Source of the DNA: an uncultured Alphaproteobacteria bacterium
GTDB lineage: Bacteria > Pseudomonadota > Alphaproteobacteria > Rhizobiales > Kaistiaceae
Length of the DNA: 64,000 bases
Assembly (NCBI GenBank): GCA_963782045.1
Contig: CAWAIR010000036.1
Coordinates: 32,828-96,827, forward strand
Direction: 5' to 3'
In this document: positions 1-10,122 of the stretch, piece after piece
How the letters are laid out: every line of letters starts with the position of its first letter
Position numbering within the stretch: the first letter of the stretch is position 1
The notes under the pieces: model-generated
Seen by the model: the letters and a program-made list of their open reading frames with translations, nothing else
Told to the model about the DNA's origin: nothing
The model's database searches: none
Position numbers and translations under genes: made by a program

Positions 1-66
1 GCGCAGTTCCTGGACCTTGCCTTGCAGGTCGGCGACCGGTTTCTCGAAATCGAGGTAGCTGCGCAT
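1..66 (-). CDS. accA: acetyl-CoA carboxylase carboxyltransferase alpha subunit, first 22 codons only (gene runs off the left edge)
   Basis: The reverse strand from ATG (66..64) reads MRSYLDFEKPVADLQGKVQELR, a typical AccA N-terminus. It is absent from the ORF track because it has no stop inside the window. Confidence 0.7.
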   Translation of the reverse strand, partial: MRSYLDFEKPVADLQGKVQELR

Positions 67-229
67 CAAGACTCGCGGGGAAAAACGTCCAAAACCACCC
101 CGGCGGTGGCTGACCGGCCGAAAGCGGCGGCAAACTGACGGGAGCGCCGGTCCAAGTCAAGCAATCACGCCGCCGCGAGCCTAGCGCGCCCGGGTTACCG
201 GAGCGTTCCCGGCAACGTTCGTGGTCCGG

Positions 230-1219
230 CTACTCCTTCTTTGCCAGCGGATGGTGCTCGCTCACCAGCGTGCGCAGCCGCTCCTCCAGGACGTGAGTAT
301 AGATCTGGGTGGTGGAGATGTCGGCATGGCCGAGGAGCTGCTGCACCACGCGCAGGTCGGCGCCGTTCTGCAACAGGTGGCTGGCGAAGGCATGGCGCAC
401 CACATGCGGCGAGATCTTGGCCGCGGAAATTCCGCTCCTGACCGCCAAGTCCTTGAGATCGCGGGCGAAAGCCTGCCGGGTCAGGTGCCCGCTGTCGCCG
501 AACGATGGGAACAGCCAGGGGCTCTCGGCGACGCCGGAGGCGGCGCGCGCCCTGAGATAGGCGGCCACCGCCCCCCGCGCCTTGTCGGTGAGCGGCACGA
601 CGCGCTCGTGGCCGCCCTTGCCGCGCACGGTGAACATGCGCTGGTCGCGGCGCATGACCGCGGCCTTGAGCGACACCAGCTCCGAGACGCGCAGGCCCGT
701 CGCATAAAGCATCTCGACCAGCGCGTGGAGGCGCAGTGCCCGCAAGCGCGCCGCTTCGCTGCCCTCACTCGCCGCTTCCGCCTCGGCCCGTTCCAGAAGC
801 GTGGAAACCTCCGCCTCGCTCAGCACGGACGGCAGCCGCGCCGGCCGGCGCGGCCCTTCGATGATGCCGGTGGGGTCGTCGGCGCGCACGCCCTCGCTCA
901 CCAGGAAACGGTGGAACTGGCGGAGCGCCGACAGCCGCCGGGCGGCCGAAGTCGCGGCAAAGCCGCGGACGTCGAGATCGTTGAGATAGGCCCTCACCGC
1001 CTCCACCCCGGCGCGTGCCGGGCCGCCGCCCGAGGCGACGAAGCGGGCATAGTCTTCCAGGTCGCGGCGATAGGAGAGAAGCGTGTTCGGCGCCGCGCCC
1101 CGCTCCGCGCTCATCATCTCCAGGAACGCCTCGACGTGGTGGCCGCCGGCCGCGGCCTTCGCCGGTCGCGCCACGGTCGGGGCCCTAGGGTTGCGTCGGC
1201 TGCGGCTGCGGCTGCACAT
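230..1219 (-). CDS. xerD: site-specific tyrosine recombinase XerD
   Basis: 329-aa ORF with [10 protein letters not shown] near the N-terminus and the C-terminal catalytic region [12 protein letters not shown]...[16 protein letters not shown]. An in-frame GTG at 1174 just after the upstream small ORF stop is an alternative start. Confidence 0.9.
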   Translation of the reverse strand: MCSRSRSRRNPRAPTVARPAKAAAGGHHVEAFLEMMSAERGAAPNTLLSYRRDLEDYARFVASGGGPARAGVEAVRAYLNDLDVRGFAATSAARRLSALRQFHRFLVSEGVRADDPTGIIEGPRRPARLPSVLSEAEVSTLLERAEAEAASEGSEAARLRALRLHALVEMLYATGLRVSELVSLKAAVMRRDQRMFTVRGKGGHERVVPLTDKARGAVAAYLRARAASGVAESPWLFPSFGDSGHLTRQAFARDLKDLAVRSGISAAKISPHVVRHAFASHLLQNGADLRVVQQLLGHADISTTQIYTHVLEERLRTLVSEHHPLAKKE

Positions 1220-1382
1220 CCGGCGCTGGTGCCGGCGCCGGCTGCTCCTGCACCTGAATCGGCACGCGGGCCGTCATGTCGCGCGTATGCGGCCCGACGA
1301 AGACCGCAAGGTAGATCATCGCGGCACCGCCCAGTATGCCCAGGACGACGAGCACGATGAGGAAACGGAAAAGGCTTGGCAT
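1185..1382 (-). CDS. small hypothetical membrane protein (one TM helix, Pro/Gln-rich tail)
   Basis: ATG at 1382. [30 protein letters not shown] is a clear hydrophobic helix. No family recognised. Confidence 0.4.
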   Translation of the reverse strand: MPSLFRFLIVLVVLGILGGAAMIYLAVFVGPHTRDMTARVPIQVQEQPAPAPAPDVQPQPQPTQP

Positions 1383-1633
1383 TGCAGATCCAGGTCGCCC
1401 GCGCGCCGCGATTCGAGCCGGAGTCGGGAAAACCGCGCTCCGGGGCGGTCGTCTCATTCTCGACAATCGGGCCGGCAAGGGCAAGCCATTGGCAGGATTG
1501 GGCCGGCTTGCGCCCGTTCGTCCCTCCCCGCCTTGACAGCGGCCCCCGAAACCGGCTCTTACCTCGCCCCGACTGGCGGGTTTGCGAGGGAGCTGTGGCG
1601 AAGGCCGGACTGGCACGGGACGACGGGTTGCCG

Positions 1634-2197
1634 ATGGAAACTAGGGTTTCGCGCCTTCTGGCGGGGCGGACTCTGGTCATGATCGGCATGATGGGCGCCG
1701 GCAAGTCGTCGATCGGCCGGCGGCTGGCCAACCGCCTGGGCATGGCCTTCGTCGACGCCGACAGCGAGATCGAACTCGCCGCCAACGCCACCATCTCGGA
1801 GATTTTCGAGCAGCACGGCGAGACCTATTTCCGCGACGGCGAGCGCCGCGTCATCCAGCGCCTGCTCGACGGCCGGCCGAAGGTGCTGGCCACCGGCGGC
1901 GGCGCCTTCATCCAGCCCGAAACCCGCGCCGCCATTCAGGCTGCCGCGATCTCCATCTGGCTGAAGGCGGATCGCGACCTGCTGCTGTCCCGCGTCAGGC
2001 GGCGCAACAACCGGCCGCTGCTCAAGGTCGACGATCCGGCCGCGACCCTCGACCGGCTCATCGAGGAGCGCTATCCGGTCTACGCCGAGGCGGACATCCA
2101 GGTGCAGTCGCGCGACGTGGCCCACGACCTGGTCATTGACGACATTCTCGAGGCCCTTGCCGACTTCCTCAGCCGGGAGGCGGTGGCCGAGGTCTGA
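1634..2197 (+). CDS. aroK: shikimate kinase
   Basis: ATG at 1634. Walker A motif GMMGAGKSSIGRRLA followed by FVDADSEIE. Directly precedes aroB. Confidence 0.9.
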   Translation: METRVSRLLAGRTLVMIGMMGAGKSSIGRRLANRLGMAFVDADSEIELAANATISEIFEQHGETYFRDGERRVIQRLLDGRPKVLATGGGAFIQPETRAAIQAAAISIWLKADRDLLLSRVRRRNNRPLLKVDDPAATLDRLIEERYPVYAEADIQVQSRDVAHDLVIDDILEALADFLSREAVAEV

Positions 2198-2200
2198 GCA

Positions 2201-3337
2201 ATGGCAAACGCTGCCCCCCGGCCCGTTGCACCGATGGTGGTCACCGTCGACCTGGGCCCACGTTCCTACGACATCCTCATCGGCCGCGACGTCCTCGAAC
2301 GCGCCGGATCGGAGCTTGCCCAGCGCATGCCCGGCCGCCGCGTCGCGGTGGTCACCGACGAGAACGTTGCCCGCTTCCACCTCAACACGCTGTCGGCGAG
2401 CCTGAAGGCGGCCGGCGTCGACTTCACCACCATCACCATCGCGCCCGGCGAGAAATCGAAGGGCTTCGAGACGCTGGCGACGGTTGTCGACGGCATCCTT
2501 GGCGCCCGCATCGAACGCTCCGACCTGGTGGTCGCCTTCGGCGGCGGCGTGGTCGGCGATCTCGCCGGCTTTGCCGCGTCGATCGTCCGCCGCGGCGTGC
2601 GCGTCGTGCAGATTCCAACGACCCTGCTCGCCCAGGTCGATTCTTCGGTGGGCGGCAAGACCGGCATCAATACCGGCCGCGGCAAGAACCTGGTCGGCGC
2701 CTTCCATCAGCCGAGCCTGGTGCTCGCCGACGCCGGCGTGCTCGATTCGCTCACCCCGCGCATCTTCAATGCCGGCTACGCCGAGGTGGTCAAATACGGC
2801 CTGCTCGGCGATGCCGCCTTCTTCGCCTGGCTGGAGGACAACTGGCGCGCGATCGTCGCCGGCTGGCCGGAGCGCGATCACGCCATCGCCGTCGCCTGCC
2901 GCGGCAAGGCCTCGGTGGTCACCGCCGACGAGCACGAGCAGAGCGGCCAGCGCGCGCTGCTCAATCTCGGCCACACCTTCGGCCATGCGCTGGAGGCCGC
3001 CACCGGCTATTCCGACCGCCTGCTCCACGGCGAGGCGGTGGCGATCGGCACCGTGCTCGCCTTTGCCTTCTCGGCCAGGCGCGGGCTCGTCTCGCCCGCC
3101 GATACCGCCCGCGTCGCGGCGCATTTCGCCGCCGTCGGCCTGCCCACCCGCATCGCCGACATCCCCGGCGGCCCGATGGTCGCCGATACGCTGATGCAGG
3201 CGATCGCCCAGGACAAGAAGGTCAGCCGCGGCCAGCTCACCTTCATCCTGGTCAACGCCATCGGCTCCGCCTTCGTCGCCCAAGACGTGCCGCCCGGCGA
3301 GGTGGCCGAGTTCCTCGCGGAGCAACTCGGGCGATGA
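2201..3337 (+). CDS. aroB: 3-dehydroquinate synthase
   Basis: 378-aa ORF with GGGVVGDLAGFAA, VQIPTTLLAQVDSSVGGKTGIN and LNLGHTFGHALE motifs. Confidence 0.95.
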   Translation: MANAAPRPVAPMVVTVDLGPRSYDILIGRDVLERAGSELAQRMPGRRVAVVTDENVARFHLNTLSASLKAAGVDFTTITIAPGEKSKGFETLATVVDGILGARIERSDLVVAFGGGVVGDLAGFAASIVRRGVRVVQIPTTLLAQVDSSVGGKTGINTGRGKNLVGAFHQPSLVLADAGVLDSLTPRIFNAGYAEVVKYGLLGDAAFFAWLEDNWRAIVAGWPERDHAIAVACRGKASVVTADEHEQSGQRALLNLGHTFGHALEAATGYSDRLLHGEAVAIGTVLAFAFSARRGLVSPADTARVAAHFAAVGLPTRIADIPGGPMVADTLMQAIAQDKKVSRGQLTFILVNAIGSAFVAQDVPPGEVAEFLAEQLGR

Positions 3338-4668
3338 CCAGGCTGCTCTGGGCGATGGCGCTGGCCGTTCCGCTCCTGGTGGTGCTGTCCGCCTTCTTCT
3401 CCGGTTCCGAGACCGCGCTCACCGCCGCCTCGCGGGCGCGCATGCTGACGCTGGAGAAATCCGGCGACAGGCGCGCCGGCATCGTCGGCCGGCTGATCCA
3501 GGACCGCGAGCGCCTGATCGGCGCGCTGTTGCTCGGCAACAACCTGGTCAACATCCTCGCCTCGGCGCTGGCCACCAGCCTGTTCCTGGAGGTCTTCGGC
3601 CAGGCCGGCGTGGTCTATGCGACGCTGGCGATGACGCTCCTGGTGCTGGTCTTCGGCGAGGTGCTGCCGAAGACGCTGGCGATCGGCGATCCCGACCGGG
3701 TGTCGCGCGCCATCGCGCCGGCGATCTCGGTCATCGTCGCGGTGTTCTCGCCGGTGGTCATTGCCGTGCAGTTCATCGTCCGCGGCGTGCTCAGGCTGAT
3801 CGGCTGGAACGCCTCGGAGGGCAAGGCGATCCTGTCGCCGAGCGAGGAGATCCGCGGCCAGGTCGACCTGCTTCACGCCGAGGGTAGCGTGGTCAAGGCC
3901 GAGCGCGACCGTCTCGGCGGCCTGCTCGACCTCTCCGAGCTCGACGTCTCCGACGTCATGGTCCACCGCACCGGCATGCACACCATCGACGCCGACGAGC
4001 CGATCGGCGCCATCGTCGACGACATCCTGGCCAGCCCCTATACGCGCGTGCCGCTATGGGAGGGCGAGCCGGAGAACATCATCGGCATCATCCATGTGAA
4101 GGACCTGCTCAAGGCGCTGAAGGCGGCCGTCGGCAAGGTAGAAGCCATCGACATCCGCACGGTCGCCAGCGAGCCGTGGTTCGTGCCCGACACCACCAGC
4201 GTGCCCGACCAGCTCAACGCCTTCCTCAAGCGCAAGGTGCATTTCGCGCTGGTCGTCGACGAGTACGGCGAGGTGCAGGGCGTGGTCACGCTCGAGGACA
4301 TCCTCGAGGAGATCGTCGGCGACATTGCCGACGAGCACGACGTCGCGGTCGAGGGCGTGCGGCCACAGCCGGACGGCTCGGTCAATGTCGACGGCTCGGT
4401 GCCGATCCGCGACCTCAACCGCGTCATGGACTGGACCCTGCCCGACGAGGAGGCGACCACCATCGCCGGCCTCGTCATCCACGAGGCACGCATCATTCCG
4501 GAGCCCGGCCAGGCCTTCACCTTCCACGGCTTCCGCTTCCAGGTGCTGCGCCGCAACCGCAACCGGCTGACGGCGCTGAGGATCACGCCGCTCTCCAAGC
4601 TGAAGGCGATCACTGCCCCGCCGGCGCCGGCAGTGCCGCCGCCCAAACCCGCCGGCCCCGCCGCCTGA
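3334..4668 (+). CDS. hemolysin/CNNM family membrane protein (DUF21 + CBS pair + CorC_HlyC)
   Basis: N-terminal TM region with FFSGSETAL, followed by a CBS region and the C-terminal TLEDILEEIVGDIADEHD motif. ATGA overlap with the aroB stop. Confidence 0.85.
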   Translation: MTRLLWAMALAVPLLVVLSAFFSGSETALTAASRARMLTLEKSGDRRAGIVGRLIQDRERLIGALLLGNNLVNILASALATSLFLEVFGQAGVVYATLAMTLLVLVFGEVLPKTLAIGDPDRVSRAIAPAISVIVAVFSPVVIAVQFIVRGVLRLIGWNASEGKAILSPSEEIRGQVDLLHAEGSVVKAERDRLGGLLDLSELDVSDVMVHRTGMHTIDADEPIGAIVDDILASPYTRVPLWEGEPENIIGIIHVKDLLKALKAAVGKVEAIDIRTVASEPWFVPDTTSVPDQLNAFLKRKVHFALVVDEYGEVQGVVTLEDILEEIVGDIADEHDVAVEGVRPQPDGSVNVDGSVPIRDLNRVMDWTLPDEEATTIAGLVIHEARIIPEPGQAFTFHGFRFQVLRRNRNRLTALRITPLSKLKAITAPPAPAVPPPKPAGPAA

Positions 4669-4737
4669 GGCTTCCGGATTTCGGCCGCATTCGGCGTTTT
4701 TCATCGTCCCTTTCGGGTGAGGGAGGGCGATTTTCCC

Positions 4738-5877
4738 ATGCAATTCGATCTGGTCATCGTCGGCGCCAGCTTCGCCGGACTGGCGGCGGCGCGCACCGCC
4801 GCCTCGCGCGGCCTTGCCACCGCGGTCATCGAGGCCAAGCCCGATGTCGGCGCGCGCGTGGCCTCGAGCGGCATCCTCGTCCACGAGGGGATCGAGGAGA
4901 TCGACATCCCGCACCACCTGACGCGGCGGGTGCCGGGCGTGCGGCTCTATTCGCCGAGCCTGAAGAGCGTCGACCTGTTTTCGCCGGGCTACGCCTTCTT
5001 CACCACGCGCACACCCGACCTCCTGCGCTGGATGGCGCACGAGGCGCGTGCGGCCGGCGCCCATGTGCTGACCGCCACCCGCTACGAAGGCGCCCGCCGC
5101 GAGGGCAGCCTCATCCGCCTTGCCGGCATCGACATTTCCAGCCGCTTCCTGGTCGGCGCCGACGGCCTCAAATCGCGGGTCGCCGCCGATTTCGGCCTGT
5201 CGGCCAATCGCGCCTTCCTCACCGGCCTGGAAGTCGAACTGGAGCCGAGCGAGACCGTCGATCCGCGCTTCCTGCACTGCTTCGTCGATTCGCGCCTGGC
5301 GCCCGGCTACATCGCCTGGGCGGCGCCGGGGCCGGACGCCATCCAGCTCGGCCTTGCCGTCCGCCACGGCGACAAGCCCGACCTCGCCCGCTTCATGGCG
5401 CGCACCGAGCGCCAGTTCGGCTGGAGCCGGCTGAAGGTCGTCGGCCGGCGCAGCGGCCTCATCCCCTGCGGCGGCCCGCTCCGCCGCACCGCCGCGCCCG
5501 GCGTGCTCCTCATCGGCGATGCCGCCGGCTGGGTATCGCCGGCCACCGGCGGCGGCATCCAGCTCGCCTTCCGCTATGGCCGCCGCGCCGCCGCGCTTGT
5601 CGCCGATCACCTGCAATGCGGCGGGCCGGCGCCGGAGGTCCCGCTGGCTCACGAGATTCCGCGCTTCCGCGCCAAGTCGGCGCTCCGCCGCGCCCTCGAC
5701 CTCGCCCCGCCCAACGTCCTCATCAACCTGGCGCTGGCCACCACGCCGGCCCGCCATTTCGCCGAAAAGCTCTACTTCCACAGCCGCAACACGACCGGGG
5801 TCGACCGGGCCGCCTATCTCAACTGGCTGGAAAGCGAGATGCGGGCAGACGGCCGCACGCCGCTGCTGCAGGGCTAA
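4738..5877 (+). CDS. NAD(P)/FAD-dependent oxidoreductase (geranylgeranyl-reductase-like)
   Basis: ATG at 4738 preceded by GAGGGAGGG. Dinucleotide-binding fold DLVIVGASFAGLAAA and a C-proximal LIGDAAGWVSPATGGGI motif. Confidence 0.8.
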   Translation: MQFDLVIVGASFAGLAAARTAASRGLATAVIEAKPDVGARVASSGILVHEGIEEIDIPHHLTRRVPGVRLYSPSLKSVDLFSPGYAFFTTRTPDLLRWMAHEARAAGAHVLTATRYEGARREGSLIRLAGIDISSRFLVGADGLKSRVAADFGLSANRAFLTGLEVELEPSETVDPRFLHCFVDSRLAPGYIAWAAPGPDAIQLGLAVRHGDKPDLARFMARTERQFGWSRLKVVGRRSGLIPCGGPLRRTAAPGVLLIGDAAGWVSPATGGGIQLAFRYGRRAAALVADHLQCGGPAPEVPLAHEIPRFRAKSALRRALDLAPPNVLINLALATTPARHFAEKLYFHSRNTTGVDRAAYLNWLESEMRADGRTPLLQG

Positions 5878-6143
5878 TGCGCCGTCGGCGCCTTGGCCTC
5901 GATGGCCAGCGCATGGACGCCGCCGCCGAGTTCCTCGGCGAGCGCCTCGTTGATCATGCGGTGGGTGTCGACCCGGCTTTTTCCCGCAAAGGCGGACGCC
6001 GTGATGCGCACGCGAAAGTGGGTGTTCCCTTCCGGCCGATGGGCGTGGTGACCCTTGTGCTGGTGGGACTCGTCCACCACTTCCAGGGCGTCCGGCTGGA
6101 AAGCCGCGGTTAACTTGTCCCTGATTCTATCTGCTACCGTCAT
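5874..6143 (-). CDS. BolA family protein
   Basis: 89-aa ORF with VVDESHQHKGH...HFRVRITASAFAGKSRVDTHRMINEAL, a BolA-type signature. Confidence 0.85.
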   Translation of the reverse strand: MTVADRIRDKLTAAFQPDALEVVDESHQHKGHHAHRPEGNTHFRVRITASAFAGKSRVDTHRMINEALAEELGGGVHALAIEAKAPTAH

Positions 6144-6214
6144 TGCATTGGTTTCCGCCGGTTTTTGGCGCCTGTCGCCTTGTCGGCGTCACACACCGCG
6201 ACCATAATCCACCG

Positions 6215-6829
6215 ATGGACCTGAACTCCAAATATTTCGACCGCATCCGCATCTCACCCGGTGACGCGGCGGTCGAGGACCCCGAGGCCGCCCCTTGCGA
6301 GGCGCCGGGCTGCGCCCACATGGGCGGCTACCGCGCTCCCAAGGGCCGTGGGCACGAGGGCAAGTACTGGAACTTCTGCCTCGACCACGTGCGGGAATAC
6401 AACAAGTCCTACAATTACTTCGCCGGCATGGCCGACGACGAGATCATCGATTATCAGCGCTCCGCCTCGACCGGCCACCGGCCGACCTGGTCGATGGGCG
6501 TCAAGGGCGCGGCGCGTGCGGCGGCGCGCGACACGCGCTTCACCTGGTCGGCGGCCTTCGCCGATCCCTTCGGCATTTTCGGCGGCGACGGCCCCCGCAC
6601 CGAGCGGAAGAAAGAGCCGGAACGCCGGCCGCTGCGCAACCTGGAGCGCCGCTCCTTCGCCGCCCTCGACCTCGACGGCCACGAGGAAGGCCACGAGATC
6701 AAGGCGCGCTACAAGGCGCTGGTAAAGCAGCTCCATCCCGACGCCAACGGCGGTGACCGCAGCTCCGAAGACCGGCTGCGACAGATTATTCAGGCTTACC
6801 ACTACCTGCGATCCGTCGGTTTTTGCTAA
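6215..6829 (+). CDS. J-domain-containing protein (C-terminal DnaJ domain)
   Basis: ATG at 6215. The C-terminus [20 protein letters not shown]...IIQAYHYL carries the HPD motif. Confidence 0.8.
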   Translation: MDLNSKYFDRIRISPGDAAVEDPEAAPCEAPGCAHMGGYRAPKGRGHEGKYWNFCLDHVREYNKSYNYFAGMADDEIIDYQRSASTGHRPTWSMGVKGAARAAARDTRFTWSAAFADPFGIFGGDGPRTERKKEPERRPLRNLERRSFAALDLDGHEEGHEIKARYKALVKQLHPDANGGDRSSEDRLRQIIQAYHYLRSVGFC

Positions 6830-6911
6830 TACGACGGTTCCCGGCCATCCCCAGGGCCGGATTCCCTCAAATCTTCACAAGCGTCCTTGCGTGGCGCGAC
6901 GGAGAATGACC

Positions 6912-7898
6912 ATGGCTGAAGCCGCGCTCGAACAAGCCCCCCTGCCGGATATGAAGATATCCGTGCGTCAGGTCTTCGGGATCGACACCGATCTCGAAGT
7001 GCCGGCCTATTCCGAGGCCGACGAGCACGTGCCGGACAACGATCCGGACTACCTTTTCGACCGCGAGACCACGCTCGCCATCCTTGCCGGCTTCGCCCGC
7101 AACCGCCGTGTGCTGGTCACCGGCTATCACGGCACCGGCAAGTCGACCCACATCGAGCAGGTCGCCGCCCGGCTCAACTGGCCGTGCGTGCGCGTCAACC
7201 TCGACAGCCACATCAGCCGTATCGACCTGATCGGCAAGGACGCCATCGTCATCCGCGACGGACTGCAGGTGACCGAGTTCCGCGACGGCATCCTGCCCTG
7301 GGCGCTGAAGAACAACATCGCGCTGTGCTTCGACGAATACGACGCCGGCCGGGCCGACGTGATGTTCGTCATCCAGCGGGTGCTCGAGGTCTCCGGCCGG
7401 CTGACCCTGCTCGACCAGAACAAGGTTATCCGCCCGCATCCCGGCTTCCGCCTGTTCGCCACCGCCAACACGGTCGGCCTCGGCGATACCTCGGGCCTCT
7501 ATCACGGCACCCAGCAGATCAACCAGGGCCAGATGGACCGCTGGTCGATTGTCACGACGCTCAACTACCTGCCGCACGACAACGAGGTGAACATCGTCGC
7601 CGCCAAGGTGCCCAACTACCGCGACGAAAAGGGCCGCGCCATCATCGCCAAGATGGTGCGCGTCGCCGACATGACCCGCAACGCCTTCATCAACGGCGAC
7701 CTGGCGACGGTGATGAGCCCACGCACGGTGATCACCTGGGCGGAGAACGCCGAGATCTTCGGCGACATCGGCTTCGCCTTCCGCGTCACCTTCGTCAACA
7801 AGTGCGACGAGCTGGAGCGCAGCCTCGTGGCGGAGTTCTACCAACGCTGTTTCAACCAGGAGCTGCCCGAATCGACCGCCAACGTGGTGATGACGTGA
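6912..7898 (+). CDS. cobS: cobaltochelatase subunit CobS (MoxR-like AAA+ ATPase)
   Basis: ATG at 6912 after GGAGA. Walker [10 protein letters not shown]. Conserved CobS blocks [21 protein letters not shown] and [12 protein letters not shown]. Confidence 0.9.
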   Translation: MAEAALEQAPLPDMKISVRQVFGIDTDLEVPAYSEADEHVPDNDPDYLFDRETTLAILAGFARNRRVLVTGYHGTGKSTHIEQVAARLNWPCVRVNLDSHISRIDLIGKDAIVIRDGLQVTEFRDGILPWALKNNIALCFDEYDAGRADVMFVIQRVLEVSGRLTLLDQNKVIRPHPGFRLFATANTVGLGDTSGLYHGTQQINQGQMDRWSIVTTLNYLPHDNEVNIVAAKVPNYRDEKGRAIIAKMVRVADMTRNAFINGDLATVMSPRTVITWAENAEIFGDIGFAFRVTFVNKCDELERSLVAEFYQRCFNQELPESTANVVMT

Positions 7899-7904
7899 AT
7901 GGCC

Positions 7905-8156
7905 TCAGCCGGGTTCCTCAAGAGCCGCGAGACGCATCTCGATCGCTTCCCGCCGCTCCTCGACCTCGGCGGCTGCATAGCGCCCGAGGACACGCTCGCC
8001 ATTGAGGGCCTGCCGGATATTATCCATGCACGTACGAACGTCATCAAACCTCTGGTCGGTTAGCGCAGACCCGCGCTCGACCTTGAGGTCCAATGCCTTC
8101 ACGGCTTCGCGGATTTCACGAAGCAAATGCAGCGTTTGGCTCTGTGGCTCGGCCAT
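7905..8156 (-). CDS. hypothetical small coiled-coil protein, opposite orientation between cobS and cobT
   Basis: ATG at 8156 (alternative 8183). About 83 aa, charged helical sequence, no family recognised. The local sequence is visibly AT-richer than its flanks. Confidence 0.35.
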   Translation of the reverse strand: MAEPQSQTLHLLREIREAVKALDLKVERGSALTDQRFDDVRTCMDNIRQALNGERVLGRYAAAEVEERREAIEMRLAALEEPG

Positions 8157-8216
8157 GACCGGCTCCGCAGACGCCCAATACATGCCGAGCTAACCGACCC
8201 GCAAAGACAGACGCCG

Positions 8217-10122
8217 ATGACTCCCACCAACGACACCCCGCGCGCCAAGGCGGTCGAGAGCCCGACCGAGCCGTTCAAGCGCGCGGTGGTGGGCTGCATG
8301 CGCGCCATCGCCGGCGAGCCCGAGCTGGAGGTTTCCTTCGCCGCCGACCGGCCGCAGCTCGCCCAGCTTAAGGCGCGCCTGCCCGAGCCACCGCGCAAGA
8401 TGACCGCCCACGACGTGGCGGTGACCCGGGGCGTCGGCGATTCGCTGGCGCTGCGGCTGGCCTGCCACGACCCCGCCGTCCATCGCGCCCACGCCCCTGT
8501 CGGCAAGGACGCGCGCGCCGTCTACGACGCCGTCGAGCAGGCGCGCGTCGAGGCGCTCGGCGCCAACCGCATGTCGGGCGTCGCCGACAACCTCTCGGCC
8601 ATGCTCGAGGAGCGTTATCACCGCACCAGCTATCAGGAAATCACCGAGCGCGCCGACGCGCCGCTGGAGGACGCAATCGCGCTCATGGTGCGCGAGCGGC
8701 TGACCGGCAGGGCGCCGCCCAAGTCGAGCCGCAAGATGGTCGCGTTGTGGCGCGACTGGATCGAGGAGCGCGCCGGCCAGGACCTGTCGCGCCTGATCGG
8801 CTCGATCGACGACCAGGCGCGCTTCGCCACCGAGGTGCGCGAGATCCTGACCGCCCTCGACATGGCCGACGAGCTTTCCGGCGACGCCGGCGAACAGGGC
8901 GACGACGACGAAACCGGCGACCAGGACGACGCCGAGGGCACCTCCGACCAGTCGGAGGGGGCCGACGCCGAGGCCCAGGAGGAGATGGACGCCTCCGCCG
9001 AGGAAGGCGATGCCGGCGAGGGCGAGGCCAGCGAGGCCGACGCCGAGCAGACCATGGACGACGCCGACATGGCGGACGCCCAGGACACCGGCGAGGCCCG
9101 CCGCGCCGAATCTCCCTTCTCCAACCAGCCGCCACTGGTCGACTACAGCGCCTTCACGTCGAAATTCGACGAGATCATCAACGCCGAGGAGCTTTGCGAC
9201 ATCGCCGAGCTGGAGCGTCTGCGCGCCTACCTCGACAAGCAGCTCGCCCACCTGCAAAGCGCGGTCGGCCGGCTGGCCAACCGCCTGCAACGCCGCCTGA
9301 TGGCGCAGCAGAACCGCGGCTGGGATTTCGACCTCGAGGAAGGCATCATCGATGCGGCGCGCCTGTCGCGCGTCATCGTCGATCCGATGCACGCGCTCAC
9401 CTTCAAGGCCGAGCGCGACACCGACTTCCGCGACACCATCGTCACCCTGCTCCTCGACAATTCCGGTTCGATGCGCGGTCGGCCGATCACCGTCGCCGCC
9501 ACCTGCGCCGACATCCTCGCCCGCACGCTGGAGCGCTGCGGCGTCAAGGTCGAGATTCTCGGCTTCACCACGCGCGCCTGGAAGGGCGGGCAGTCGCGCG
9601 AAGCGTGGCTGCAGGCCGGCAAGCCGCCCAACCCCGGCCGCCTCAACGACCTGCGCCACATCGTCTACAAGGCCGCCGACGCACCCTGGCGCCGCTCGCG
9701 GCGCAATCTCGGCCTGATGATGCGCGAGGGCCTGCTCAAGGAGAACATAGACGGCGAGGCGCTGGCCTGGGCGCACAGCCGCCTGCTGGTCCGCCCCGAG
9801 CAGCGCAAGATCCTGATGATGATCTCCGACGGCGCGCCGGTCGACGATTTCGACGCTGTCGGTCAATCCCGGCAACTATCTCGAACGGCACCTGCGCTAC
9901 GTCATCGAGGAGATCGAGACGCGCTCGCCGGTGGAGCTGATCGCCATCGGCATCGGCCACGACGTCACCCGCTACTACCGCCGCGCCGTGACCATCGTCG
10001 ATGCCGACGAGCTTGCCGGCGCCATGACCGACAAGCTGGCCGAGCTGTTCGACGAGAACGCGATGCCCGAGCCGATACGCCCCTCCCGGCAGCCCCGCCA
10101 CAAGCGCCCGGCCCTGCAATGA
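8217..10122 (+). pseudogene. cobT: cobaltochelatase subunit CobT (acidic linker + VWA domain), frame broken by one extra T
   Basis: ATG at 8217. The frame reads ...[11 protein letters not shown] up to 9848. The conserved continuation [43 protein letters not shown] is in the +1 frame from 9850 and stops at 10122. The break sits in the TTT run at 9848-9850. Confidence 0.9.

Noticed and set aside
230-1219. Tyrosine recombinase as a sign of a mobile element
   Set aside because: The sequence and its context beside accA and aroK-aroB fit the housekeeping chromosome-dimer resolvase XerD. No inverted repeats or cargo genes are present.
1559-3325. Long antisense ORFs opposite well-supported genes. 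Examples: 1559..3325, 4054..5781, 8190..9875, 17559..19643, 31736..32923, 34562..35911, 36967..38232, 56061..57752.
   Set aside because: These are typical GC-rich shadow ORFs. They have Arg/Gly/Ala/Asp-dominated composition and no motifs, and each fully overlaps a gene with clear family signatures on the other strand.
8870-9110. Asp/Glu-rich tract in cobT as an anomaly
   Set aside because: As far as I recall, an acidic linker between the N-terminal and VWA domains is a normal feature of aerobic-type CobT proteins.
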